DNA of 64,000 nucleotides from an uncultured Candidatus Actinomarina sp. (GTDB lineage Bacteria; Actinomycetota; Acidimicrobiia; Actinomarinales; Actinomarinaceae): NCBI GenBank assembly GCA_902634185.1, contig CACPJC010000003.1, positions 32,369 to 96,368 of the forward strand, read 5' to 3'. Shown piece by piece: positions 39,004 to 46,986 of this stretch (position 1 is its first letter; each line of letters starts with the position of its first letter). The notes under the pieces were generated by a model. It saw only the letters and a program-made list of their open reading frames with translations, ran no database searches and was not told where the DNA came from. The position numbers and the translations under genes were made by a program.

Positions 39004-42000
39004 TAGTTTTCTTTTTCGATAAGATGTAAAAAGTATTACACCACCAACTAAAAATACTGAACCGCTTATGACAATATAGTCTAAATTTATTCCTGTAGCT
39101 GCCAAGGCTATACTATCCTCTCGATAGATGTAGGTAACGTTGTAACTACCATCAGTGAAATATATGTCATCATCATCATCCCACTCTAGAAAGTCATTTC
39201 CAGTTTCATCAGTAAGAGGTGCTTCACATATATCATCCTCTTCTAATATCATATCCTCACAAAAGTCATCCACTAATGGATCCGTTGGGTCTGGATCCGT
39301 TGGGTCAACTATACACTCAAGAAGTTCTTGTAAGTTTGTTGGATTACAAAATTCTTCTGGAGCAGGATCCGTTGGGTTTATAGGATCAGGATCTCTTGGA
39401 TCAATTGGACCTGGATCTGGATCTGTAGGATCAGTTGTTGTAGTTATTGTAGGATCAGTTGTTGTAGTTATTGTAGGATCAGTTGTTGTAGTTGTTGGGC
39501 AATCAACTGTAAAGCTTGGACCCCAACGTTTCCAACCGCCTGAAAAAGAATTAGAAGTTGTAGAGGTTTTGTATCTCCATCTAACGTTTTGTCCGCTTGG
39601 AACATTTACAGATCCCCTTTCTGAGCTACCTGGTGGAACAGATCGATTAGAAACGAGTGTTGACCAGTTTTTTCCACCATCTAGGGAATACTCAGCTAAG
39701 AAATAAGCATTCGCATTTGAAGAGTCGGAGTTAGCCATATTGAAATGTATGAGTTTTGCACCTCCTGAACATTCCTCTCGTGTATTTGAAACAGAAGGGT
39801 TAATTATTGGAGGTCCTGGCAGTGTTGTTGTAGTTGTTGGACAATCAACTGTAAAGTCTGGACCCCAACGTTTCCAACCGCCTGAAAAAGAATTAGGAGT
39901 TGTCGAGGTTTTGTATCGCCATCTAACGTTTTGTCCGCTTGGAACATTTACAGAGGCCATTTCTGAGCTACCTGGTGCAACAGATTGATTAGAAACGAGT
40001 GTTGACCAGCTTTCCCCACCATCTAGGGAGTACTGAGCTAAGAAATAAGCATTTGCATTTGAAGAGTCTGAGTTAGCCATATGGAAGTGTGTGAGTTTTG
40101 CACCTCCAGAACAAGCATTTCGAGTATTTGAAACAGAAGGGTTAATTGTTGGAGGTCCTGGCAGTGTTGTTGTGGTCGTTGGAGACGGATCATCAATACA
40201 ATCTAAAACTTTCTTGGTACCACCTTTTGTTTTTCTACCACTTAGTTCATCTTTAATAATAAAACGAAGTTTATATGTAGATCCATTTGGGACAGATAAA
40301 AGTGTAGTTAAGTCTCGTGTTTCTCCAGCAGCAATACTAAAAGTTTGATCAACAACTTTGGCTTTGTTTATTCTAATTCTCATTCTAATTGTTATGCCAA
40401 CAGTTGACCTTGAGTTATCTACAATTAAACCAATTCTCGCAGTTCCATCATCATTACATTCCATGAAGTTTGCAATCCTAAAATCTACTCTTGGAATTTC
40501 AACTGTTGTAGTAGTAATTTCCGGCAGTGTCGTAGTAGTTGTTGTAGTTGTAGTAGTTGTAGTTGTAGTTGTAGTAGTTGTAGTAGTTGTAGTTGTAGTA
40601 GTAGTGGTTGTTGTTACAACACAGCTAGCCGTATATGAAAGAGTAGGATCTACGCCTGGGATATCTGTATCTTCAGTCACCCAAGTACTACTGTCATGAG
40701 CGCCTCCAGATTTTCTTGAACTATATCTCCATTGAATACTTTCTCCATTAGCTAATGCGGGAGCAGAATACGTCTCCGATGAAGTAGCTGGTACCTCTTC
40801 ATCATCTTTCAATTGTGTCCAGTTAGAGCCACCATCAGTTGAGTATTCCACCCTATAAAAGACTGAGACAGTCGAATCAGAACCGCTACTAAGAGTTATT
40901 GAAGGTGTTTGTGTCTGAGAATCAGAACATGATCCTAGTGATGTTGAAACACTAGCGCACGATATCGTAAGCTTCGATCCTATCTCTGTCCATGTTGACC
41001 CACCATCAGTTGAATACCTATGTTCACGTCCAGTACCATTTGCTATTGCAGTATTTACCGCAAATTCTTGTGTAGCGCCAGCATTTATTGACTTACCACT
41101 GTCTTCACCGGTAACACTGCCTCCAAAATATGCCCAATCCCCAACATTTCCAGTCACCGCATTGGTTGCTCTTTTTTGTACTAAAAATGTAATAGCGACA
41201 TTACTTCCGCTGTTGTCGACAGTTATTTTAATTTTACCCATTGTGCCGCCCTGGCTTGTGCCGTTATTTTTACAACCATTTGTTTCGTGAGAAACAGCCG
41301 GAGCAATAACGGGACAATCAATAGTTATTGTTGAAAGTGTTACCTCTGATTGGCTGAGTCCCTCTGATGAGTTAGCAACAGAGTATTTTATGATTACCGA
41401 GGTATCGTGACTTAGTGCTGGTACGGAAAGTGAGGAGGAGTCTGTCGCTCCAGCTCCAACGGTTGTAGCAGTTAATACTGTAAAGTTTGATCCCCCGTCA
41501 GTTGAGTAGCTGACGGTGAATGTTCCAGCAGCGGTTGAATTTGTATTTATAAGAGTAATTGGGATTGCTGCACTTCCACTCGAACAACTTGCAGCAGTTG
41601 CTGTGGCAGTAGCATTAAGTATGGGGCAATCTATCTCAATACTGCTTAGGTTGGTTGTTGAAGCAGATGAAAAGTCGGTACTTGATGAGGTCTGATAACG
41701 AATATAGACGGTAGTGTCGTTTGTAAATGATGAACCTGAGAGACTAACAGTAGAGGTTGAGTCTGCTCCAACTAAAACATGAGATCCTCCGATACCGTCT
41801 GTCCAGGTTGAGTTATCTGTAGAGTATTGAACTTTAAAATAATTACCAGAACCCTGTCCAGTATTGTCAAGGAGTACGTTTATAGGTGCTCCCCCACCTG
41901 AACATGTTCCATGCGTTGCAGAGACTGCTGGTGTTGTACAACTGACTGTGGCACTATTTAAACTAGCACCAGTGACATAATCTCCTGAGAATGATCCAGA

Positions 42001-45000
42001 AACCGTAGAGGTTTTATATCTCCACTGAATTGCAGTACCGTTATTGACAGTTTGCGTCACTGTATCTGATCCACCAACCGTAACCGATTTACTTGCTTCT
42101 TTTTCAACCCAGTTTGATCCACCGTCTATTGAGTACTCAATTAGGAAATACGCAGTAGCTTGTGATGAACCACTGTTTGAGATAGCTAATGTTGATGTCT
42201 TTGAAGCTCCACTACAACTAGCTGATAAACTCTGTGAACCAGAAGTTGTAATATTACATGAAACATCTGAACTTGCACTTCCAGTAGCAGTAGGAGTTCC
42301 TGTAAACGTTGCACTTGTTGTCGATTCTTCATATCTCCAGGTGATGTTTGAGCCAACCGGGACGCTATGCGTCAATGTTTCTGTGCTATCAACACCAACA
42401 GACTGATTAGCTTCCTTCACTTGCCAGGCACCGCTATCAATCTTGTACTCAACTTTTACATACGCTGTTGTTGTTGCAGAGGATGAGTTTGTAATTGCAA
42501 AACTTGATGTTGCGCTACCACTGGAACAAGTTCCAAGTGTAGCTGAAACACTTACGTCTATAACAGGACAGTCAACAGTTGCACTATTTAGATCACTACT
42601 TGTGACATAACTTCCTGAGTATGATCCTGAAGTTGTAGAGGTTTTATATCTCCATTGTATAGCTGAATTATGTGGTACAGACTGTGTAAGTGTTGCTGAG
42701 CCATTATTATTTACAGTTTGATTGGCTGCTTTCTCTGTCCAGTTAGATCCGCCATCTAAAGAGTACTCAACAAGGACATAAGCTACAGCATTTGCTGAAT
42801 CAGAGTTATTAATAGTTAATGTAGAGGTTTTTGCTCCACTAGAACAACTTCCAAGGGACTGTGATGCACTGACATCTATTATTGGACAATCAACAGTTGC
42901 ACTGTTCATATCACTACTTGTGACATAACTTCCTGAGAATGATCCTGAAGTTGTAGAAGACTTATATCTCCACTGAATAGCTGCATCGTGAGATACAGAT
43001 TGTGTCAGTGTTTCAGATGCGTTTTTTGCAACGGACTGGTTCGATGCTTTCTCTGTCCATGTTGACCCACCATCAACGGAGTATTCAACTAGGAAGTACG
43101 CTGTTGTGTTGGCGGAGTTAGAGTTTGATAAAGTTAAAGTTGAAGTTGCTGCTCCAGCTGAACAACTACCTAATGCCTGTGATGCACTTACATCTATTAC
43201 TGGACAATCAACAGTACCACTTGCAACAGTTGTGGGTGTCAGTCCTGTAAAACTAGCTGATGTATCTGAAGATGTAACTCTCCAAGTTATTGCAGAACCA
43301 TGAGATACATTTTCTGAAAATAAGGAACCCGTTCCAGTTAATATAGTGGCGCTTGCATTCTTTTCTGTATAAGTCGAACCACCATCCGTTGAGTATTCTA
43401 CTTTTACGTAAGCAGTTGAACCTGACGTATTCGTTACTGTAAGTGTTGATGTAGCAGTTCCAGAACCAGAACAACTACCTAAATCTTGAGAGCTTGAAAC
43501 TGTTACGGCTTGAGGACAATCAACAGTTGCACTATTCATATCATCAGCTGTGATATAACTTAGTCCCGTCCAGTTCCCTGATGTATCAGAGCTTTTATAT
43601 CTCCACTGGATAGCTGACCCATCAGGTACACTAACCGTCAAAGAGGTATTTGTTTGACCATCGGAAATTGATAAGTTATCTCCTTCCTGTGCATCTGTGT
43701 GAACAGTCCAGCTTGAACCTCCATCTAGTGAGTACTCAGCAGTAACATATGCTGTTGAACCAGAACTATTTTGTAGAGAAAGGGTAGAGGTATCAGAACC
43801 AGCTGAACAACCTCCTAGTGATTGTGAATCTGTCAGAGATATAGCTGTAGGACAGTCAACAGTACTACTTGTTACTTCTGTACCTGAACCAGAAAATGTA
43901 TTACTTGTTGAAGAAGTTAGATAGGTCCATGTAATAGTAGATCCATCAGGAACTGTTTGGGCAGCCAGTGTTGTAGAAGCACCTGCTGCAACTGATTGAT
44001 TTGTGACTACTGTATTCCAGTTTCCACTATCGATTTTGTATCGAACATAAAAATATGCTGTTGTATTTGCTGATCCAGAGTTAGATAAAGTTAAAGTTGA
44101 ATTTTGAGATCCTCCAGAACAGCTACCATCAAGTGATTGGGATACAGAGGGGTCAATATATGGGCAATCAATTGTATCGCTATTTACTATAGTGGCGTCA
44201 CCGCTAAAATAACCACTTGTAGTTGATGTCTGATAATACCATTTAGCATAAGAGCCATCCGCAATCGGTAATGTGACGGTCACGGAGCTACCTGCAGCCA
44301 CTGCTATATTGAAGTTACTATCTCCCGACGATACGGTCAAATTAGATGATGATAAACCTCCTGATCCATCAAGTTGGTACCTTATCTTTACGTAGACAGT
44401 TGAATTTGCTGATGCGGAGTTTGATAAAGTGACCGTTACTGTTGCTGAACCAGCGGAACAACTACCGACTGATTGAGCAAAAGAGAAATCTGTATATACA
44501 CAATCAACAGTTGCACTATTCATATCACTAGCTGTCACATAACTTAGTCCCGTCCAGCTCCCTGACGCGTTAGAGCTTTTGTATCTCCATTGGATAGCTG
44601 ATCCATGAGGTACGCTTACTGTTAAAGAGGTGTTCGTTTGACCATTGGTAATTGTTAAATTGTCTGCTTCCTGTGCGTCTGTGTGTACAGTCCAAGTAGA
44701 CCCGCCATCGGTTGAGTACTCAGCTGTGACATACGCTGTTGATCCAGAAGTATTTTGAAGAGAAAGTGTAGATGTAGCAGAACCAGCTGAGCAACTACCA
44801 AGTGATTGTGAATCTGTCAGAGTTACTGCAGTAACACAGTCCACCGTTAATGCCGTACCATCTGGAGAGGTATAGCTTCCAGAAGTTGGATCCGATGATG
44901 CATCAGCTCGAGCTCGCCAAGATACCTGATACCCATGTGGTTGGGCGGATAATGAACGTGTAATCGATGCACCTTGAGCTAATTCAATTCCAGTTAAATT

Positions 45001-46932
45001 GTCAGTCCAATCAGATATATCACTGCCGTCTAAAGTGAGTTTGTACTGAAGGTCGACAAAAATTGAACCGTTAGCAGTGTTGGTGATTGTAGCTGAAGGA
45101 ACAGCTGAACCAGCTGAGCATGAACCCATAGCATCTGTAATTGTAAATGTTGCCGTTGCGCAGTTAACTGTTGAGCTATTCATGTCACTAGCTGTGATGT
45201 AACTTAGTCCTGTCCAATCACCTGATGTATCAGAGCTCTTGTACCTCCATTGAATTGATGAGCCGTGAGAAACACTGACCGTCAGCGAGGTATTCGTCTG
45301 ACCATTAGTAATAGTTAAATTATCTGCTTCCTGTGCGTCAGTGTGAACAGTCCAACTAGAACCACCATTGGTTGAGTACTCAGCAGTAACATACGCGGTT
45401 GAACCTGAACTATTTTGTAGTGATAGTGTAGAGGTAGCAGAGCCTTCAGAACAACTACCAAGTGATTGTGAGTCAGTGAGGCTAACTGCTGTTGGATCAG
45501 GAGAACAACCGGAGGCATTAATCGTTATTGAAGAAAGAGCAGTCGTATTTGAAGTCGGTTCACGCAAATCATAAGTAGTGTTTTCTGCATACCAACTAAT
45601 TACCACTGTAGCACCATTAGATTGACCTGGAACATCTAGGGAGGTATTGCTCGATGATGACGAGACAGAAGTGCCTGATGTCAGAGATTGTGAGCTTCCA
45701 CCATTAACTGTATATGTAACAACAAAGTTAGTAGTTACGTTAGAACTTAAGTTATTTAAGGTAACATCTATTTTACGATTTGACCCATCACAACTTCCCT
45801 GAGTAGCTGTAACAGTGGGGGCGAAATCAACATTGGGTGCACCTTCGTGGCATGCAGCACCATCATTTTTATTTGCTCCAGATTGTACTGTGCCTAGACT
45901 TGAACTCCAGCTCCAACTACTTCCGTTATATTCAGCTTTTCGAACATCTCCAGTTGAATTATGCACAAAATAAGCATGTTCTCCACCAAATCCAAACGCA
46001 GCACCAACATCTGAATTGCTCCATGAATATGGTGAAGTTGGTGAGCTTAATGAGTGGTCAGTTATTTCTATTGTGAAAGAACTCCCAGATACAATTAAGT
46101 ATCCAAGCATTACTTGATCATTTACATTGTCATAAGCCACAAAATCTGCTTCGTGGTTTACACCTCCACTAGAGAATGTTGGAAAGTTTGAACCATCTCT
46201 CAACCAGGTAAAGTCTTTTGCTTTAGCTAAATTACCTGCAACAGAGTTTGTGTTTACTGTAAGAGAGGAAGTTACATCTGTATAATTTGAAGAGTTAGTG
46301 TAATCTGTACCATCTATACGAATTAAGAGTGGTGATGAGCCCTTTAAGAACCCATTACCTGAAAGTAAATAACCAGTTCCGTTGTATTCAAAATAGGATG
46401 CAGCATTATTATCAGCAGAACTAAAACTGGCTATTAACGATGGGTTGTTATCAGCAATATTATCGTTGTTAGCATCAGTTGCATCCATATAGTAAAGTGT
46501 CCTATTTTTACTCGAATCTTTCCGAATCATCCAGAGATTTCCAAGATTATCCATCATCGAGTTGTTCCACTCATTTGAATTTGATCCTGGAAGGTTTTGA
46601 TACTCGAATGTTGCTCCTGATGGTGTGGCAGGACTAGAACTCACAAGATTTCCTGAGTTACTGTCCCACCCGTATACTTCAACTTTGTCATCTGAAGAGT
46701 TGTATTTTGTTTGATAACCTAATGGATTTCCATCTGAGTTAAAACATGAGAGCTGTGAAGATGCAAAAGCAGGTTCAGGATCAACTGTCTCAATGGTCAC
46801 ATATGCAAGAGAGACAATCATTAAAAATGACATAACTAAATTGAAAGTTTTCTTATTAAAGACGAACGAAAACAGCTTTTTACACAAAAGCACAACAAAG
46901 TCGAAGGCGTTTAATATTTTTATATTCCCCAC
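37921..46932 (-). CDS. Giant (about 3000 aa) repeat-rich surface protein ending in an LAATG cell-wall sorting signal, continuous in frame with a C-terminal class E sortase module
   Basis: Probable start is the internal ATG at 46834 (MSFLMIVSLAYV...AFA signal peptide). It has an about 450-aa N-terminal domain, about 20 tandem roughly 100-aa modules each bracketed by Cys (xVDCP...GSCSxGS...), poly-Thr linkers, then LAATG + TM + RKRK, then the sortase. Confidence 0.75.
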   Translation of the reverse strand: MGNIKILNAFDFVVLLCKKLFSFVFNKKTFNLVMSFLMIVSLAYVTIETVDPEPAFASSQLSCFNSDGNPLGYQTKYNSSDDKVEVYGWDSNSGNLVSSSPATPSGATFEYQNLPGSNSNEWNNSMMDNLGNLWMIRKDSSKNRTLYYMDATDANNDNIADNNPSLIASFSSADNNAASYFEYNGTGYLLSGNGFLKGSSPLLIRIDGTDYTNSSNYTDVTSSLTVNTNSVAGNLAKAKDFTWLRDGSNFPTFSSGGVNHEADFVAYDNVNDQVMLGYLIVSGSSFTIEITDHSLSSPTSPYSWSNSDVGAAFGFGGEHAYFVHNSTGDVRKAEYNGSSWSWSSSLGTVQSGANKNDGAACHEGAPNVDFAPTVTATQGSCDGSNRKIDVTLNNLSSNVTTNFVVTYTVNGGSSQSLTSGTSVSSSSSNTSLDVPGQSNGATVVISWYAENTTYDLREPTSNTTALSSITINASGCSPDPTAVSLTDSQSLGSCSEGSATSTLSLQNSSGSTAYVTAEYSTNGGSSWTVHTDAQEADNLTITNGQTNTSLTVSVSHGSSIQWRYKSSDTSGDWTGLSYITASDMNSSTVNCATATFTITDAMGSCSAGSAVPSATITNTANGSIFVDLQYKLTLDGSDISDWTDNLTGIELAQGASITRSLSAQPHGYQVSWRARADASSDPTSGSYTSPDGTALTVDCVTAVTLTDSQSLGSCSAGSATSTLSLQNTSGSTAYVTAEYSTDGGSTWTVHTDAQEADNLTITNGQTNTSLTVSVPHGSAIQWRYKSSNASGSWTGLSYVTASDMNSATVDCVYTDFSFAQSVGSCSAGSATVTVTLSNSASANSTVYVKIRYQLDGSGGLSSSNLTVSSGDSNFNIAVAAGSSVTVTLPIADGSYAKWYYQTSTTSGYFSGDATIVNSDTIDCPYIDPSVSQSLDGSCSGGSQNSTLTLSNSGSANTTAYFYVRYKIDSGNWNTVVTNQSVAAGASTTLAAQTVPDGSTITWTYLTSSTSNTFSGSGTEVTSSTVDCPTAISLTDSQSLGGCSAGSDTSTLSLQNSSGSTAYVTAEYSLDGGSSWTVHTDAQEGDNLSISDGQTNTSLTVSVPDGSAIQWRYKSSDTSGNWTGLSYITADDMNSATVDCPQAVTVSSSQDLGSCSGSGTATSTLTVTNTSGSTAYVKVEYSTDGGSTYTEKNASATILTGTGSLFSENVSHGSAITWRVTSSDTSASFTGLTPTTVASGTVDCPVIDVSASQALGSCSAGAATSTLTLSNSNSANTTAYFLVEYSVDGGSTWTEKASNQSVAKNASETLTQSVSHDAAIQWRYKSSTTSGSFSGSYVTSSDMNSATVDCPIIDVSASQSLGSCSSGAKTSTLTINNSDSANAVAYVLVEYSLDGGSNWTEKAANQTVNNNGSATLTQSVPHNSAIQWRYKTSTTSGSYSGSYVTSSDLNSATVDCPVIDVSVSATLGTCSSGSATSSFAITNSSSATTTAYVKVEYKIDSGAWQVKEANQSVGVDSTETLTHSVPVGSNITWRYEESTTSATFTGTPTATGSASSDVSCNITTSGSQSLSASCSGASKTSTLAISNSGSSQATAYFLIEYSIDGGSNWVEKEASKSVTVGGSDTVTQTVNNGTAIQWRYKTSTVSGSFSGDYVTGASLNSATVSCTTPAVSATHGTCSGGGAPINVLLDNTGQGSGNYFKVQYSTDNSTWTDGIGGSHVLVGADSTSTVSLSGSSFTNDTTVYIRYQTSSSTDFSSASTTNLSSIEIDCPILNATATATAASCSSGSAAIPITLINTNSTAAGTFTVSYSTDGGSNFTVLTATTVGAGATDSSSLSVPALSHDTSVIIKYSVANSSEGLSQSEVTLSTITIDCPVIAPAVSHETNGCKNNGTSQGGTMGKIKITVDNSGSNVAITFLVQKRATNAVTGNVGDWAYFGGSVTGEDSGKSINAGATQEFAVNTAIANGTGREHRYSTDGGSTWTEIGSKLTISCASVSTSLGSCSDSQTQTPSITLSSGSDSTVSVFYRVEYSTDGGSNWTQLKDDEEVPATSSETYSAPALANGESIQWRYSSRKSGGAHDSSTWVTEDTDIPGVDPTLSYTASCVVTTTTTTTTTTTTTTTTTTTTTTTTTTTTTLPEITTTTVEIPRVDFRIANFMECNDDGTARIGLIVDNSRSTVGITIRMRIRINKAKVVDQTFSIAAGETRDLTTLLSVPNGSTYKLRFIIKDELSGRKTKGGTKKVLDCIDDPSPTTTTTLPGPPTINPSVSNTRNACSGGAKLTHFHMANSDSSNANAYFLAQYSLDGGESWSTLVSNQSVAPGSSEMASVNVPSGQNVRWRYKTSTTPNSFSGGWKRWGPDFTVDCPTTTTTLPGPPIINPSVSNTREECSGGAKLIHFNMANSDSSNANAYFLAEYSLDGGKNWSTLVSNRSVPPGSSERGSVNVPSGQNVRWRYKTSTTSNSFSGGWKRWGPSFTVDCPTTTTTDPTITTTTDPTITTTTDPTDPDPGPIDPRDPDPINPTDPAPEEFCNPTNLQELLECIVDPTDPDPTDPLVDDFCEDMILEEDDICEAPLTDETGNDFLEWDDDDDIYFTDGSYNVTYIYREDSIALAATGINLDYIVISGSVFLVGGVILFTSYRKRKLMESEISLEDIYKHAFKLKTKIEKLIQEKVEISIDINKFAPYAKSFTTYQSEIQALDSELQYTLVAIENIKSICEEENTELTKEILEERLGLISNNFQIIYSGNELDAKIAEKKVFSRKKDTKKINRKFFDRKKLKRPALGFAVLSIITGMGFGIYATQQMFLSNVQQDNAQAYLEQIYLGEEIKDVDPPTIFSNPLRLFQSDIPVFETLQDFTIIDQSAKIDEFQPEIFGLLEIPGINVNQYVVSGTDELNLQFGPGHYLGTKLPGSGGNVGIAGHRTTYGAPFSRLDLVEIGDEIYLTYGSNKYHYIVDDIEVVDANTGDYVLFNRGDDRLTLTTCHPRYSARQRLVVSGILTRIESGN
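39007..39105 (-). other. Cell-wall sorting signal: LAATG motif (39105..39091), a hydrophobic helix, and an RKRK tail
   Basis: The protein reads IALAATGINLDYIVISGSVFLVGGVILFTSYRKRK. LAxTG is the class E sortase recognition motif. Confidence 0.7.
39427..39500. repeat. 27-nt tandem repeat x about 3 encoding (TTTTDPTI)n
   Basis: ggatcagttgttgtagttattgta units are visible. Confidence 0.8.
39485..40075. repeat. Duplicated module of about 330 nt (two nearly identical about 110-aa domains: TTTTLPGPP(T/I)INPSVSNTR..CSGGAKL.HF.MANSDSSNANAYFLA(Q/E)YSLDGG..WSTLVSN)
   Basis: 39499..39615 versus 39839..39955 differ at only a few positions. Confidence 0.8.
40505..40617. repeat. 9-nt microsatellite (gttgtagta-like x about 12) encoding an uninterrupted run of 28 Thr
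   Basis: Directly visible. Plus-strand ORF 40358..40699 (poly-Val) is its antisense echo. Confidence 0.85.
40700..45900. repeat. Array of about 15 tandem roughly 300-nt coding repeats (Cys-pair beta-sandwich-like modules); several copies are >90% identical at nucleotide level
   Basis: For example, 43520..43590, 44500..44570 and 45160..45230 share the long identical string (caatcaacagttgcactattcatatca...cttagtcccgtcca...cctga). Confidence 0.8.
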
Positions 46933-46986
46933 TTCTACAACAAATTTAATTTTACCTTAGAAAAGTTTCTAATCAAACAAATTTTT

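Noticed and set aside
39400-40620. Possible CRISPR-like array, suggested by regularly spaced short repeats
   Set aside because: The repeats are contiguous with no unique spacers and lie in frame inside a coding sequence. This is a coding microsatellite or minisatellite, not CRISPR.
39155-40699. Plus-strand ORFs 39155..39706, 39740..39988, 40091..40348 and 40358..40699 (poly-Val and poly-Gly/Ser translations)
   Set aside because: They are antisense to the giant ORF's repeat region. The poly-V stretch is just the reverse reading of the poly-Thr microsatellite.
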